Position numbers and translations under genes: made by a program
NCBI RefSeq assembly: GCF_009834535.1
Contig: NC_045697.1
Span: 75,766,001-75,830,000, forward strand
Origin: Camelus ferus
Taxonomy: Eukaryota
DNA: 64,000 nucleotides
Direction of reading: 5' to 3'
Shown here: one piece after another, positions 13,580 through 25,097 of the stretch
Layout of the letters: each line of letters opens with the position of its first letter
Position numbering within the stretch: position 1 is the first letter of the stretch
The notes under the pieces: model-generated
What the model was told of the DNA's origin: nothing
What the model saw: the letters and a program-made list of their open reading frames with translations, nothing else
Databases searched by the model: none

Positions 13580-14509
13580 ATTGCACTCTGTAGGATTCCA
13601 TCAGTGTTCATCCTCTGAGACCAACTCACTGTGGCCAACTGTACACAGCAGTCCTCCCAACTGTAGCTGTTCATGGTCATCCCCTTCTCCAGATTCCCAA
13701 AGTTCTTACACTACCCATTTAAGCAGATAATCTTTTTTTAAATTTGGCAAGGGCAGTAATGGAGCTATACATAAGACATTATGGGATAACATTCAAAGAG
13801 CTCATGCTTGTAAAATATTTAATGCTATGTACACCACATAGCAAGTGCTTGATAAAAATTGGAGGTGGAATCAGATTCTACCTATAAATATCACACTAAC
13901 CCAGCCCATGCTTCTTCCCTACCTCCCTGGTTCAACCTCAGTTCTCCTGCCTGGACAACTGCAATACCCTTTTAATCAGTCTGCTGCCTTCCAGCTTTGA
14001 TCTGCTCAAAGTGATACTCTGCAATGTCCCCAGGACAGTAGAAAATGCAAATTCAACCACGTCACTAAACTCTTCAGAGACTCCCCACCAGCATCAGGGT
14101 AAAATGCAAGCTTCTAAGTGTGACCCTTGAGGCCTTCCCTACCTGGCCCCACCATTCTCAGTCCTGCACTTGATGTTCTAGTAATAATTAATACCCGCCT
14201 GGTCTACCAGGCTGTTTGGGCCTCATGCCTTTCCCATATGCTCTCCCAAAAACACTCCACCCCTCTCCTCTGGGTACAGCAATGTGCTCCCTCACAGCAC
14301 AGCTCCACGGTAAGTCCTCCAGGAAGCCTACCTGGCAAGCCCAGGCTGACTGAGGGCCTCACTGCCTCTGGGTTCTCAGAACACCCACTACAGACCTCTG
14401 TCACAGATCTTATCCCAATACACTGAGCCAGTTTCTTTAGCTTTAGAACCTTAGTATCTGGCAGAGCGATTAAGTTGTGATCCTACTAGTCCAACGGTCC
14501 TTTCAAATG

Positions 14510-15430
14510 AAGGTGTTCCCAAGTTTCTATCAGTGACTCTCTTCTCATTCTATACCCTCTTCTGTATGCTCAACTACATCTAGGTTTCAACCAATCAAGT
14601 TAATGATTCCCAAAATCTCTATCTCAATTCTATACAACGTTCCTGAGCTCCAGAACCAATTTCCCAATGACCCAGTGGTCATCTCCATTTAGACACTCCA
14701 CTAGCATTTCAAACCTAACCCATCTAAAATAAAATAATCCTCTCCTCTCTTCCTACCCTATATTTTCTAACTCAATCATACCATCTTCTACTCAGAAAGC
14801 ATCGTCCTTCATGTTCACTCTCAAATCCAGCAATCAACGCAGGCACCATATCCTACCGATGCTACGGGCTCAAGAGCCCTCAAACATGCCCCATCTTTTC
14901 TACTCCCATGGCCACTGTTTGAGTTCACTCCAAAAGCCCCCAGATAGTCTCCTATCTCCAGACCATTCTCATTCCAGGCTTGAAGGGTGACCCCACTAAA
15001 ACACAAACCCAGAGACACCATTCCCCAGTACAATCAATCTCAAACTATCGACCACCCAAGGGGCAAAGTCCCGAACAGTCGGAGTTCACCATGAGACCTC
15101 TGCAAATCACTCCAGCTTCATCTCCCCTCACGTTCATCCTGCAGAACAGCCAAAACAAACAACCTACAGTTCCTCCAAAGACCTAACTCCCTCACATTTC
15201 CATACTTTCGCAATTATTGTAATGTCTCTTCTGACTGAAACAGCTTCCTCCCTCCGGTCTGACTGGTATACTGATTCATCCCTCATGACTCATTTCAAAC
15301 AGGATCTCCTCTGTGAATCCTCCACAGCACCTTTATATGCATGCACCTAACCACCTGACTTAAGATTCTGCAACTGTTCGCATCTCTATGTTCCCACCAG
15401 ACAATCTACCAGCCCAGGTTCTTGCTGCGC
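14510..15430 (+). mobile_element. Degenerate L2 fragment (further L2-like pieces at about 12300-14450)
   Basis: C/T-rich L2-like text: ctcttctcattctatac...atgattcccaaaatctctatctc...cctgagctccaga...catctccatttaga. Confidence 0.6.
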
Positions 15431-16519
15431 TGTTAATATTTTAATCTACCCAGATGAAAAGATACTTTTCACTGCCAGACCTTTACCACATAAACCCAGT
15501 GAATGAAGGAAAAATGTTAACTATAATTACTCCCAGCTCTCAATTTTTAGGTATTTTTAAATCCAAAATAACATGGTAGAGAGTATTCAAACCAGCTTTC
15601 TCAAGTTAAGGTTTGTAGTCAGAAATTGAAATATTTTAGATGTATTAATGAGACATGGAAATTCTATTTTTGAGAATTGCATATCTGCTTTTCAAAGGAG
15701 TTTAAACTTCATATGTATTTTAGTTTTCAATTTGGCACTTTCAGTATCCCACTGTATATTTTAAAATCTGTTCTATATGATTCTGGATGATACGATGAGA
15801 TTTTTAAGACTCTGGTATTGATCTCATTGAAATGATTCAGGTTTTAATATTCTGTTCTTTATTTTTAAATATAAGAAATAGAATATGTTGAAATAATGGG
15901 TAATTGAGACAGTTTAAATGAATCAAATTAAAATTATCAATAAACCAAAAAAAACCCGCACATCCTATATGATATGGTCCAAATATTTCATGGATTGTGA
16001 CATGCCCCAAGCATAGTCTGAACCTCATTCTTAGTGCTTTCAGGGTGAGATCAACAGAAGTATTGCTCTACACTATGAAAACAAGGGAGCCAAAGAACAG
16101 ATCAGCATATACTTTCAGATACCCAGGTCTCAGCTGCGAGCTCTCCAAATGAGGTGTTAATGACTTTCTTTTTACAAATATTCCCAAAAGGTGAAAGAAT
16201 ACCACTGTTATTATATTACTGTGAAAAATGTTTATGTCCAAGGATTCAGGAACTCTAACAGCTCTCATTCTCTTATACACTTCATTATCCAGGATACTTT
16301 AAACTGATGTATTGACACTGATTCCAATGTTTCAGGAGAATAAAAAGTAGCTAGTTCTCAAAGAATCTTTTAGGACTCCTGTCAGAGTTCAAATAAATGA
16401 GCCTGTATATTAACACTCTCACACTTCTCTACAGAGCTTACAGCTCAAATTTTGTTTTCGTTTTTTAATAAAAAAGTCTAAGTAACCATCCAGAATTATG
16501 ATACAATATTAGAATTGTG

Positions 16520-17125
16520 TTATTATTTATTCGATGTACTGAATACTTATCACACATCAGGCACTGTGAGCTTTGAATGCATGACTTACCTAATCCTCAG
16601 AGCAACCCTACGAGGTAGGCATTATCTGAGCATGGAAGGTGAAGTAAATTGGCCAAGGTCCTAACAGTAACAAGCAGAGTCAAGATTTTGGCCTCCTGTT
16701 TCTGGCTTCAAGGCCGCTCTTTAACCACAACACTAACTCGCCTGTTCTTTTATATTTGGACTTCCTAAGGGGCTATACAATCACATTTAACAAATACTAA
16801 ATATCTGCTATGTTCCAGGATCTGGGCTTGGCCATCAAGGTTATAAAGATAAATAGGATGTAGTCCCAGCCTTCAAGGAGCCAGCGGGGTTTAGAGACAG
16901 CAAAGCACAGTGGGCGAGAGCATGGGTTCCGGTGACACTCTCTGAGTGCAAACCCTTGCTGTGCACACAAATACATAGTGTACGAGCTTGAGTAATTTAC
17001 ACCTGTTTTCTCAGCTCCATCTTCCTCATTGGCTGATGAGAACTAAGTGAGCTAATATTAAAGTACTTTAAAACTGTTACCAGTACACAGTAAGTGTTCG
17101 ATAAATGTTAGCTGCTATTACTATT
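16520..17125. mobile_element. MIR fragments (both orientations) interleaved with L2
   Basis: taatcctcagagcaaccctacgaggtagg, gaagtaaattggccaaggtc, and cagtacacagtaagtgttcgataaatgttagct. Confidence 0.6.
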
Positions 17126-17827
17126 ATCATTATTATTATTACTGCTGCTGCTATTAGCACCACCATTCAAAAAACTAGTATTTATAATAAAACAATGCGT
17201 TATGGTACAATTATAAGGGCACCAAAGACAGGTACCCAACAAAGCCTGAGGGACATAGGATGGAGAGATACCTGAGTCTCAAAGCATGAACAGGTGTCAG
17301 CTGATGCCAAGACGAGACAAGGAGAAAAGAGAAGAGTGCCTTCTAAGCAGATGAAACAAAAATTTCATCATGAGAAACAACATGATTTTTTTCAGAGAAA
17401 TACAAGAAAGTGAATTAGTGCTGCTATGGTCTCTAAAATAAGAAACACTGTGATGAAAGATGAGACTCAAGAATTGTGAGCAAAGAAGCCACGATAGGAC
17501 ACATGTTAAGAAACCTAAGATTTTCCCTGGTGTCTGACACATGTTGAGCATTTACTATAGGTTTTTGAATTGAAAAGTCAAACTTGAAATAAGTTGGCCA
17601 CTGGCCTGTTCAACAGCTTTGGTTATACTTTGGCCGTGGTGGAAGGCAGGGGTGAGTGGGTTATAGCAGCCTTTTCAAAAGTGAATTTACTCAGAAATGC
17701 TGTAAGTTAACTGGTTTAATTTGGATTTAGCCTCAAAGTACATGTCAATGTTTAAATTATTTGCTTTTCCTGATACCATATTCTCAATACACATAATTAG
17801 AACAGCAATGGCACAAAAGCCACATAC

Positions 17828-18063
17828 CTGAGTGTAAGGTGATATAAAACTTGTGATGCACACTAAGCCAGCATCTGCAAACAGCTTAGCAACTTCCGCA
17901 ATGCGCCGAACATTCTCTTCTCTGTCTTCAGGACTAAAGCCAAGATTTTTATTGAGGCCTTGACGAATGTTGTCACCATCCAAAGTGTAGCATGGAATAC
18001 CATGGCAAACCAAGTACTCCTCCAACGCCATGCTTACGGTGGTCTTCCCTGCTCCAGATAAGC
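17828..18063 (-). CDS. PAPSS1: PAPSS1 coding exon 3 ([79 protein letters not shown])
   Basis: Acceptor cttttag|GC, donor CAG|gtatg, 236 nt. Completes the Walker A/P-loop GLSGAGKT and carries the LDGDNIR APS-kinase motif. Confidence 0.98.
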
Positions 18064-18402
18064 CTAAAAGTGAACAGTCCAGATTCCATATATAAAGTTA
18101 GAAGGACAACTACTTAGTAATAATTTTAGTCCAGGCTTAATTACATTCATTACTCAGAGCATTCTCTTAGTAACATTCTTATCTAATATTTCTCTGTGAG
18201 ATTTACTACCTCTTAGCAAGAAAAACATCTGTAATTTAAATATAATAAACATTTATGTTTTTAATAACTCCCATCTATGCCCAGAGGTATCCTATAAATC
18301 ATGGAGCTGCAAAGGCTTAGCCACTTTTAATATTAGACATGGTTGGGTAGATATTCGCTTTGTCTTCTCATTACTACTATTATAAAGTGGCATGCCAATT
18401 TT

Positions 18403-18495
18403 TTTTCATTGAAGTACAGTTAATTACAATGTGTCAGTCTCTGGTGTACAGCACAATGTCCCAGTCATGCATGTACATACATATATTCACTTTCA
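18403..18495 (-). mobile_element. Very short camelid/cetartiodactyl L1 3' tip
   Basis: T-run followed by attgaagtacagttaattacaatgtgtcagtctctggtgtacagcacaa. Flanked by repeated ccaatttt. Confidence 0.75.
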
Positions 18496-18933
18496 TATCC
18501 AATTTTAAAACAAAATTATATGCCCAAATGATTTCTGGTGAGGGAAGAAAAACAAAGGACAAAACTAAGTGAAATAATATTAGAAAGTTACCTCTATATC
18601 CTAGGATCAACAGCTCTCATAGGTTACCATGATAAAAGTATCTGGTAATCCAATTTATAATATAATTAACCTTGAAAGAATATCCTTATTTCAATTCACC
18701 TTCCTCTACCTATGATGTTTAGTCACTAAACAATGAGGAATAAAGGAAAGGGAAAGGGTACATTTAGGCGCTAATACTTGAGGTGGCTATGAGGCAAGAG
18801 ATAAAATACTGGTCTAATGTACTGATACTCTTGACATGTTAATACAGAAGCTAACTGAAAATTAAATAGAAAAAAGGATGAAGATCAGTATAGTGTTAGA
18901 TCTCTTCTACATTAAAAATGTACATTAACAGGA

Positions 18934-19467
18934 GTAGAGCAGGTAATATTTTCCAAAGATGGCCTGGAAGCTCATTTACACTGAGATGTTGCCACTGTCA
19001 CATCCAGAAGCAGAGTTTAATTCCCTGCCCTTGAATCTGGGCTAGAATATGACTCCCCTGTAGCCAAAAGAATACAGTGAAAACGGCAATGTATGCTTTC
19101 CAAGGCTGGGTTGTGAAAGGCTCTGCAGCTTCTCTTTGGATATTTAATTCAGAAGAAGCCAGCTGTTAAGTACCCTGAGCCCACCATGCTGGAGAAATCA
19201 GAAGTAGGCGTTCCAGCCTACAGCCTCAACCAGCGAAGATCCCAGCTGATAAGCAGTGTCAACTGAGGAAATTATCACAGACACCCTGCCAGTGGTGGCT
19301 TCAGTTGACTGTAGCCCAAGCCAGCACGACTGCAACCAAGCAAGACCCAAGGGGAAACTGCCCAGCCAAGCCCTCCCGAATTCCTTACCCACAAGTGGTT
19401 AATAATTAAAATGGTTGTTTTACACCACTAGGTTTTGGGTAATCTGTTACACAACAATAACTGAACA
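18934..19467 (+). mobile_element. MaLR solo LTR (MLT1H/G-like)
   Basis: cccttgaatctgggct..., aaactgcccagccaagccctcccgaattcct, and terminal ggttgttttacaccactaggttttggg...taactgaaca. Confidence 0.75.
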
Positions 19468-19844
19468 AAGAGATGGAGGCTGGGGAGACTGCATTTTTCT
19501 ATTCTTTGTTATTGTTGTTTCTAACTACCCACTGAACACTAGGTATTGGGGGGTAAAACCTGAAAACACAAACTTTTTATACAACAAAGACAACCTAATT
19601 ACAATTAAAGTATCTTTATACATACACGTGTACATATGTTTTACGTATATATTTAATTTGAAAACAAAGACTAGACACTGCTGAAAACTGAATTACTGAC
19701 ACAGAAAGTTTCACTGAGATGATTACAGTGAATACAGGCAAAAAGGAAAGAAAGCCAAAGCAGCTAGAGAAAATCAATAGATAATGCAAGACAGATAAGC
19801 CAAAACTAAGATAAGGAAAACTGGTATACCAAAGAGAAATCAAA

Positions 19845-20234
19845 GTACTAGATAGAATAATGTCCCCTCAAAATTCATATACACCTGGAACCTCAGAAAG
19901 TGACCAAGGTCTCTGTACACTGAATTAGTTAAATTAAAATGAGGTCACATGGGACTAGGTTAGGCACTAAATCTGTTGTCGTTATTACAAGGCCACGTAA
20001 ATGCGAAATCAGAGGCTGGAGTAATACGTCTAAAAGCTGAGGAACGCAAAGGATTGCCAGCAAGCCGGGACAGTAGGAGAGAGGCATGGAACAGATTTTT
20101 CTTCAGAGCCGACAGAGGGAATCAACCTTGATTTCAGTCTTTTAGCCTCCTGAACTGTAAGAGAACAAATTTCTGTTGTTTGAAGCCACCCAATTCGTAG
20201 TAATTTGTTACAGTGGCCCTGGGAAATTAATATA
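19845..20234 (+). mobile_element. MaLR solo LTR (MLT1C-like)
   Basis: gaataatgtcccctcaaaattcat...gaggcatggaacagatt...gcctcctgaactgtaagagaacaaatttctgttgtttgaagccacc...ggaaattaatata. Confidence 0.8.
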
Positions 20235-20699
20235 CCAACCAACATAGAAATACAAAATAAGAAAGTTTATTTGAAATAAAATCTGAGAAAAGACAGCATT
20301 CCAAGAAAATGGCATACAAACTACTCTATACCTGGACAGATCTGGTAAAGCTACTGAGTTGCAAGAAAAAGAAAGAAATCATGACTTCCATTTCCAACAA
20401 CATCATCATACACACAAAAAAAGATTGTTATAGATTAGACAACATAATTAACAATCTTGATTGAGTGAACATATATAGAATATTGTACACATCAGGGAAA
20501 TACATTTTTTTTCAAATACACATATATGCGAACTCTGTATTTTCTGCTCAATTCTGCTGTGAACCTGAAACTGCTCTAAAAGAATAAAGTCTATTAAAAA
20601 AAATTCACATTTATGAATCTGATTAGATCCCAGACCATAAAGTGCCCAAAAATTTGATAAACAGTATTTATAAGCTTCATTAGTGGTAAAATAAAAGGA

Positions 20700-21270
20700 A
20701 TATATCATGTTCAAGAAAAAGAGTACCCACTATTCTAAAGATCAGTTCTCCCCAAAACTGATCTTTAGATATAACCCCAAACCAAATCCCAACAGGATTT
20801 TTGGAGGAATTGCTTAAATGGATAACAAAATTTATACAATAATATAAAGAGCCAAAAAAACCCCAAAAATGTACACACTTCTAATGAAGAATAAGGTAAA
20901 AGGACTTACTCCACAGGATTTCAAGACTTTATAAGTGTATAGTAATTAAGACAATGCAGCAATAAGAGAGGAAAAGACAAGTATACGAGCGGGATAGATT
21001 AGAGCACCTAGAACACATACACGTAAGCAGAAACCTGACCTGTGACAGCTGGCACAGAGACCAGAGAAAAAGGACACCCTCATCAACAGTCTCTCATTAT
21101 CCATACAGGAAAAAAAGAAAATGGATCTCACCCTCACACTATACATAAAAATCAACTGCAGATGAATAAAGGGCCTAAATGAGAAAAGCAAAACTTCTAA
21201 AGGAAAATAAAATAAAAGCAATAATTCTTCAGGTATGCAGATGAATAAAGGAAAGCTCCTAAGGAGAAAA
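20700..21270 (+). mobile_element. Old L1 ORF2 3' remnant
   Basis: gaagaataaggtaaaaggacttact...gatttcaagactt...gtaattaagaca and ctcacactatacataaaaatcaact match L1 ORF2 C-terminal DNA. Confidence 0.65.
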
Positions 21271-21919
21271 AAAAAATGATTAGTCTCACAAGTCTTCACA
21301 ACATTTCACAGAAGAAAATGGAGTAATGTTAAGAATTCCAAGACGAAAGAAAGTATGAACCAAATATATATTTTACCCAGCCAAGTTGTTGTAAAAGGTA
21401 GGAAAACATTCTCAAACATAAAAACTCAGAGAATTCAGAACCAACAGAAAGCCATCTTATAAAAATCACTTAATAAAAAATATAGACCATTAAAACTTGA
21501 CCCTAAGAAAGAGCCCATGTGTGGACATGCCATAATAAAAGAACTGACATATGAGGTGGTAAGGCTGAATCAATTTACTTACAGAACTCAAATACAAACA
21601 ATTATGGAAATGTAAGACTTGAGAATAGAATGTGTGTCAAGCCTAGACAATGTAAACATAACAATTTAACATCAATATAGACTGAAGAACGAGGAGGTGG
21701 GAAGAATGTTAAAGTGATGTCTTCTTTCATACAGAAACACACAGACCTATCTACAGTTGATACATTTAATTTATAAAAAGAGAAAATGGGAATGCTGTTT
21801 TTTGGCAATCAGCAAAAATGTTAAGGATTGGTAATATCCATGTTGACAAAGACACTGGAAGTGGATCCTCTCCCACAATAGGAAAATAAATAGGTATAAA
21901 CTGTAGTGGGCTGTATGGG

Positions 21920-22428
21920 TGTTAGCATAATTGACACCATCTTGGGCCCTTACAGTTTCTCCAGTCCTTCCACTGACCCTACTCAGGACTACACTGTGCG
22001 GTAAATCACTTCTGTGTCACCAAGGGCTTTGATGTTAGCAGACACCGTTTAATGATTGTTAGGTCCAGGTGTCCTCTATGCTCCGTGAGTCCCCAAACAA
22101 CAATGAAGACCTTTGCTGATGTATTCTTAGCACCCATAAGACTAGTTATCCATTCATAAATCTTGACTTTGGAATGCACTTGACGCAGGAATATTTCCAG
22201 GCACATACCCCATCCCTTAGGTTAACTACAAAATTGTCCCAATGGACCCCTGGCAGTGCAGAGAGCAGCAACAAATGTTTTCAAATCATTGTCCAACCGC
22301 TTCCACCTTGTAACTTACTCTACAATAAAATGAACCATTGATTATATGGAGCTGCCTGCCTCATTTTTTTGGTCTCAAGATAACTTCTCAGTTTGGTGGG
22401 CATTTTTCATTCCCTCTATCCTCCAACA
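21920..22428 (+). mobile_element. ERV solo LTR in PAPSS1 intron 2 (antisense to the gene); family not identified
   Basis: TG...CA ends (tgttagcata...ctccaaca), AATAAA near 22324, possible 4-bp TSD tggg/tgcg. A homologous inverted copy lies at 36098-36728. Confidence 0.75.
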
Positions 22429-22971
22429 TGCGTAATGTGGCAAGATGTATCAAAATTTTAAATAAAATTCCTAGAAGTGAAAAGATCCATCATTTTTAAA
22501 ACTACAAGCCTGGATCAATTAACCTTCTCAAAGAGAGACTCTGGGAGAATCAACACAAGAATCAATCAGAGGACAAAGCAAAAGAAGAATGATAGAAACT
22601 TATTCTGTGAAATTCTTCATCCTCATTCTTTCCCTTCATATGGTCTACATTATTAGTTGTTGAAGGCAGAATCCATGTCTTACTTGCATGCAGAAGTTTG
22701 TAGAATGCAATGTAGTTAACAACTAGAAAGTAGTTTTTAGATGCATTCTAATTTTTCTCCTTTAAGGCAATTTTGTAACAAACAAAAGGGATTATGTTAT
22801 TATGTTATTATTAAGCAACTTTGTCAATTACATGTTATGATGCTCTAGATAAAAGAATAGTGCTCATAATTTATACATGCTTACTCTTAGTTCAGGGCTG
22901 TCTATAAACACTGCTTTTGAAATAAATAAATAAGCTAAACCAATAAACTGGTTTAGCTCTCTGGACCATAC

Positions 22972-23086
22972 CTGTTAGCCAAACTGTGCAACCACGAAAG
23001 CCACCTCTGGTCCCCACCACCTGACCTCTCTTGTTCCTGCTGACATGGTGAGCCTGATAGGTGACATTAGTTGCTCTCTGCATCCC
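22972..23086 (-). CDS. PAPSS1: PAPSS1 coding exon 2 ([39 protein letters not shown])
   Basis: Acceptor ttttttttccag|GGG, donor ACAG|gtatg, 115 nt. Continues the exon 1 frame into the APS-kinase domain. Confidence 0.97.
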
Positions 23087-23404
23087 CTGGAAAAAAAAGA
23101 AAGAATTCTAGTTTATCTGAGTCCCTTAAAAGGTAAACACATATTCTTTGCAAACTTATGGTAACTATTCCATGCAACATGCTAAAAGCAAGGAGAAAGA
23201 TTAAAACAGCTTTTTCATCCTTTAGAGTACCTGGTACGGTGTTCAGTTCTTTACATGCACCAATTAATTTAGTCTGCACAGCTCTCCAGGGTTGCACAAA
23301 TTCTTACTACTGTGATTGCCAGATGAAGGTTAAACCTGAGAAGTTAAATAACTTGCCCCAGTTCCGATTAACTAGTGAGTGGTGGACTCCAGAATCCAGT
23401 CTTC

Positions 23405-23740
23405 TCTCTCATTCATTCATTCATTCAATCATTCATTCAACCAGTGGTTCCTGAGGCCCTACTAGTACACCAAGTGAGTAAAACAAGGCTCCTACCCTCA
23501 GTCTTCCCTCCCAGAGCTTCCATTCCACTGGGGGAGACAAACCAATAAAACTTAATTATTAAATCAGAGAGTGACAAGTGCACTGTGAAAATAAAGCACG
23601 GCATGACTGGAAGGAGAGAGAGGGGTAAGTGCCTCTTTAGACAGCATGATCAGAAAAAAACTCTGAGAAAGTGGCATCCGAGCAGGTTCCTGAATGAAGT
23701 GTGGAAGGGATGTCTGCGGGTATCATGAAATGCATGGTGA
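23405..23740 (-). mobile_element. L2 3' end with (CATT)n tail
   Basis: cattcattcattcattcaatcattcattcaa followed by L2-like cctaccctc...ttccactgggggagaca. Confidence 0.65.
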
Positions 23741-23819
23741 GAAAAGTGGAATGTAATTGTTGTTCCCCCAAATGTTCTCCTTCTTAAACAAAAAGAGCAC
23801 AAAATTACATAGGCCTCAA

Positions 23820-24615
23820 AGGATCTGAATAAATATTTCTATAAGAAAAAACATAAATGGAGAATGAGCACATTAAAAGACACTGGATGTCATTAGCCAT
23901 CAGAGAAATGCAAACCAAAACCATGAGATACCTCTGCACACCCACTAGAATGGCTATAACCAAATAGACGGACAATAACAAGCGCTACTGAGGATACAAA
24001 GAAACTGAAATCCCATACATTTGCTAACATGAACGTAAAATAGGACAGCCACTTTGGAAAACAGCAGTTCTGCAAAACGTTAAACATCGAGTAATCATAT
24101 GACCAAACGATTCCTACTCTTAGACATATACTCACAAGAAATGAAAATATGTCCACACAAAACCATATGTTCTAGCAGCATGATTCATAAAAGCCAAAAG
24201 GTGGAAACAACCCAACTGCCCATCAACTGATAATCAGATAAACAAAATACTTTTTAAACTGTATGGTATACCCATACAATGGAATATTATTTGGTAATAA
24301 AAAGGAATGAAGCACTGATACATTCTACAACACAGATGAATCACCTCAAAAACATTATGCTAAGGTAAAGAAGCCAGTCACAAAGGCCACATACTGTGTA
24401 ATTCCATTTACATGAACTGTCCAGAACAGGAAAATCTATGGGGAGTGACTACTAATGGGTTATGAAATTCTTTTTTGGGGGTGATCAAAATGCTCTAAAA
24501 TTAATAGTAGTGATGGTTGCACAATTCTGTAAATATGCTAAAAACGACCAAATTGTACATTTTAAGTGGGTGAATTGAATGGTATGTAAATCATCTCAAT
24601 AAAGCTTCTTTCTAA
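23820..24615 (+). mobile_element. L1MB-like 3' fragment
   Basis: cattagccatcagagaaatgcaaaccaaaaccatgagatac...ggaaacaacccaactgcccatcaactgat...ttgtacattttaagtgggtgaattg...atctcaataaagct. Confidence 0.85.
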
Positions 24616-24912
24616 AATAATGAACTATATAGCCTCTATTTTCCCTATGAAGCATAAACATAATTTAGGTTCTTTCCAACAATGTATACCTTTATAAAAT
24701 AGGTACGTGTCAGCATTCTTTTGATAGTGTTTGTATTCGATACTGCTTACAGCTCTTATTTTTCAAGACAGTTTTATTCATCATTCATTCAAAAATATTT
24801 ACTGAATGCACACTACATGCTTGACATTCTCCTGGGTGCTGATGAAACAGAAGTGCACAATACCAATAAAATCACTGTCCTCATGGGGCTTCTCTAGTCC
24901 TCCCTTCCAGGG

Positions 24913-25097
24913 CAGCAGTTCTCAAAGCGTGGCCCCTAACCAGCAGCTTTGGCATCTCCTGGGAACTGTTAGAAATGCCAGTGATCAGGCCCTGCCCTGG
25001 GCCAACTAAGGCAGACACTATAGGGTGGAGCCCAAGAATCTGTGTTTTAAAGCCCTCCCAATGATTCAGATGCCAAGTTCAAGTTTGAGAAGCACTG
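24913..25097. mobile_element. MER5A hAT-Charlie MITE inserted in an L2
   Basis: TIRs cagcagttctcaaa / tttgagaagcactg; internal ctgggaactgttagaaatgc. Confidence 0.85.

Noticed and set aside
17687..17827. In-frame read-through of exon 3 into the intron (VCGFCAIAV...) as an alternative C-terminus
   Set aside because: A canonical CAG|gtatg donor ends the homology and the extension is not protein-like. The same applies to the exon 2 read-through at 22892-22971.
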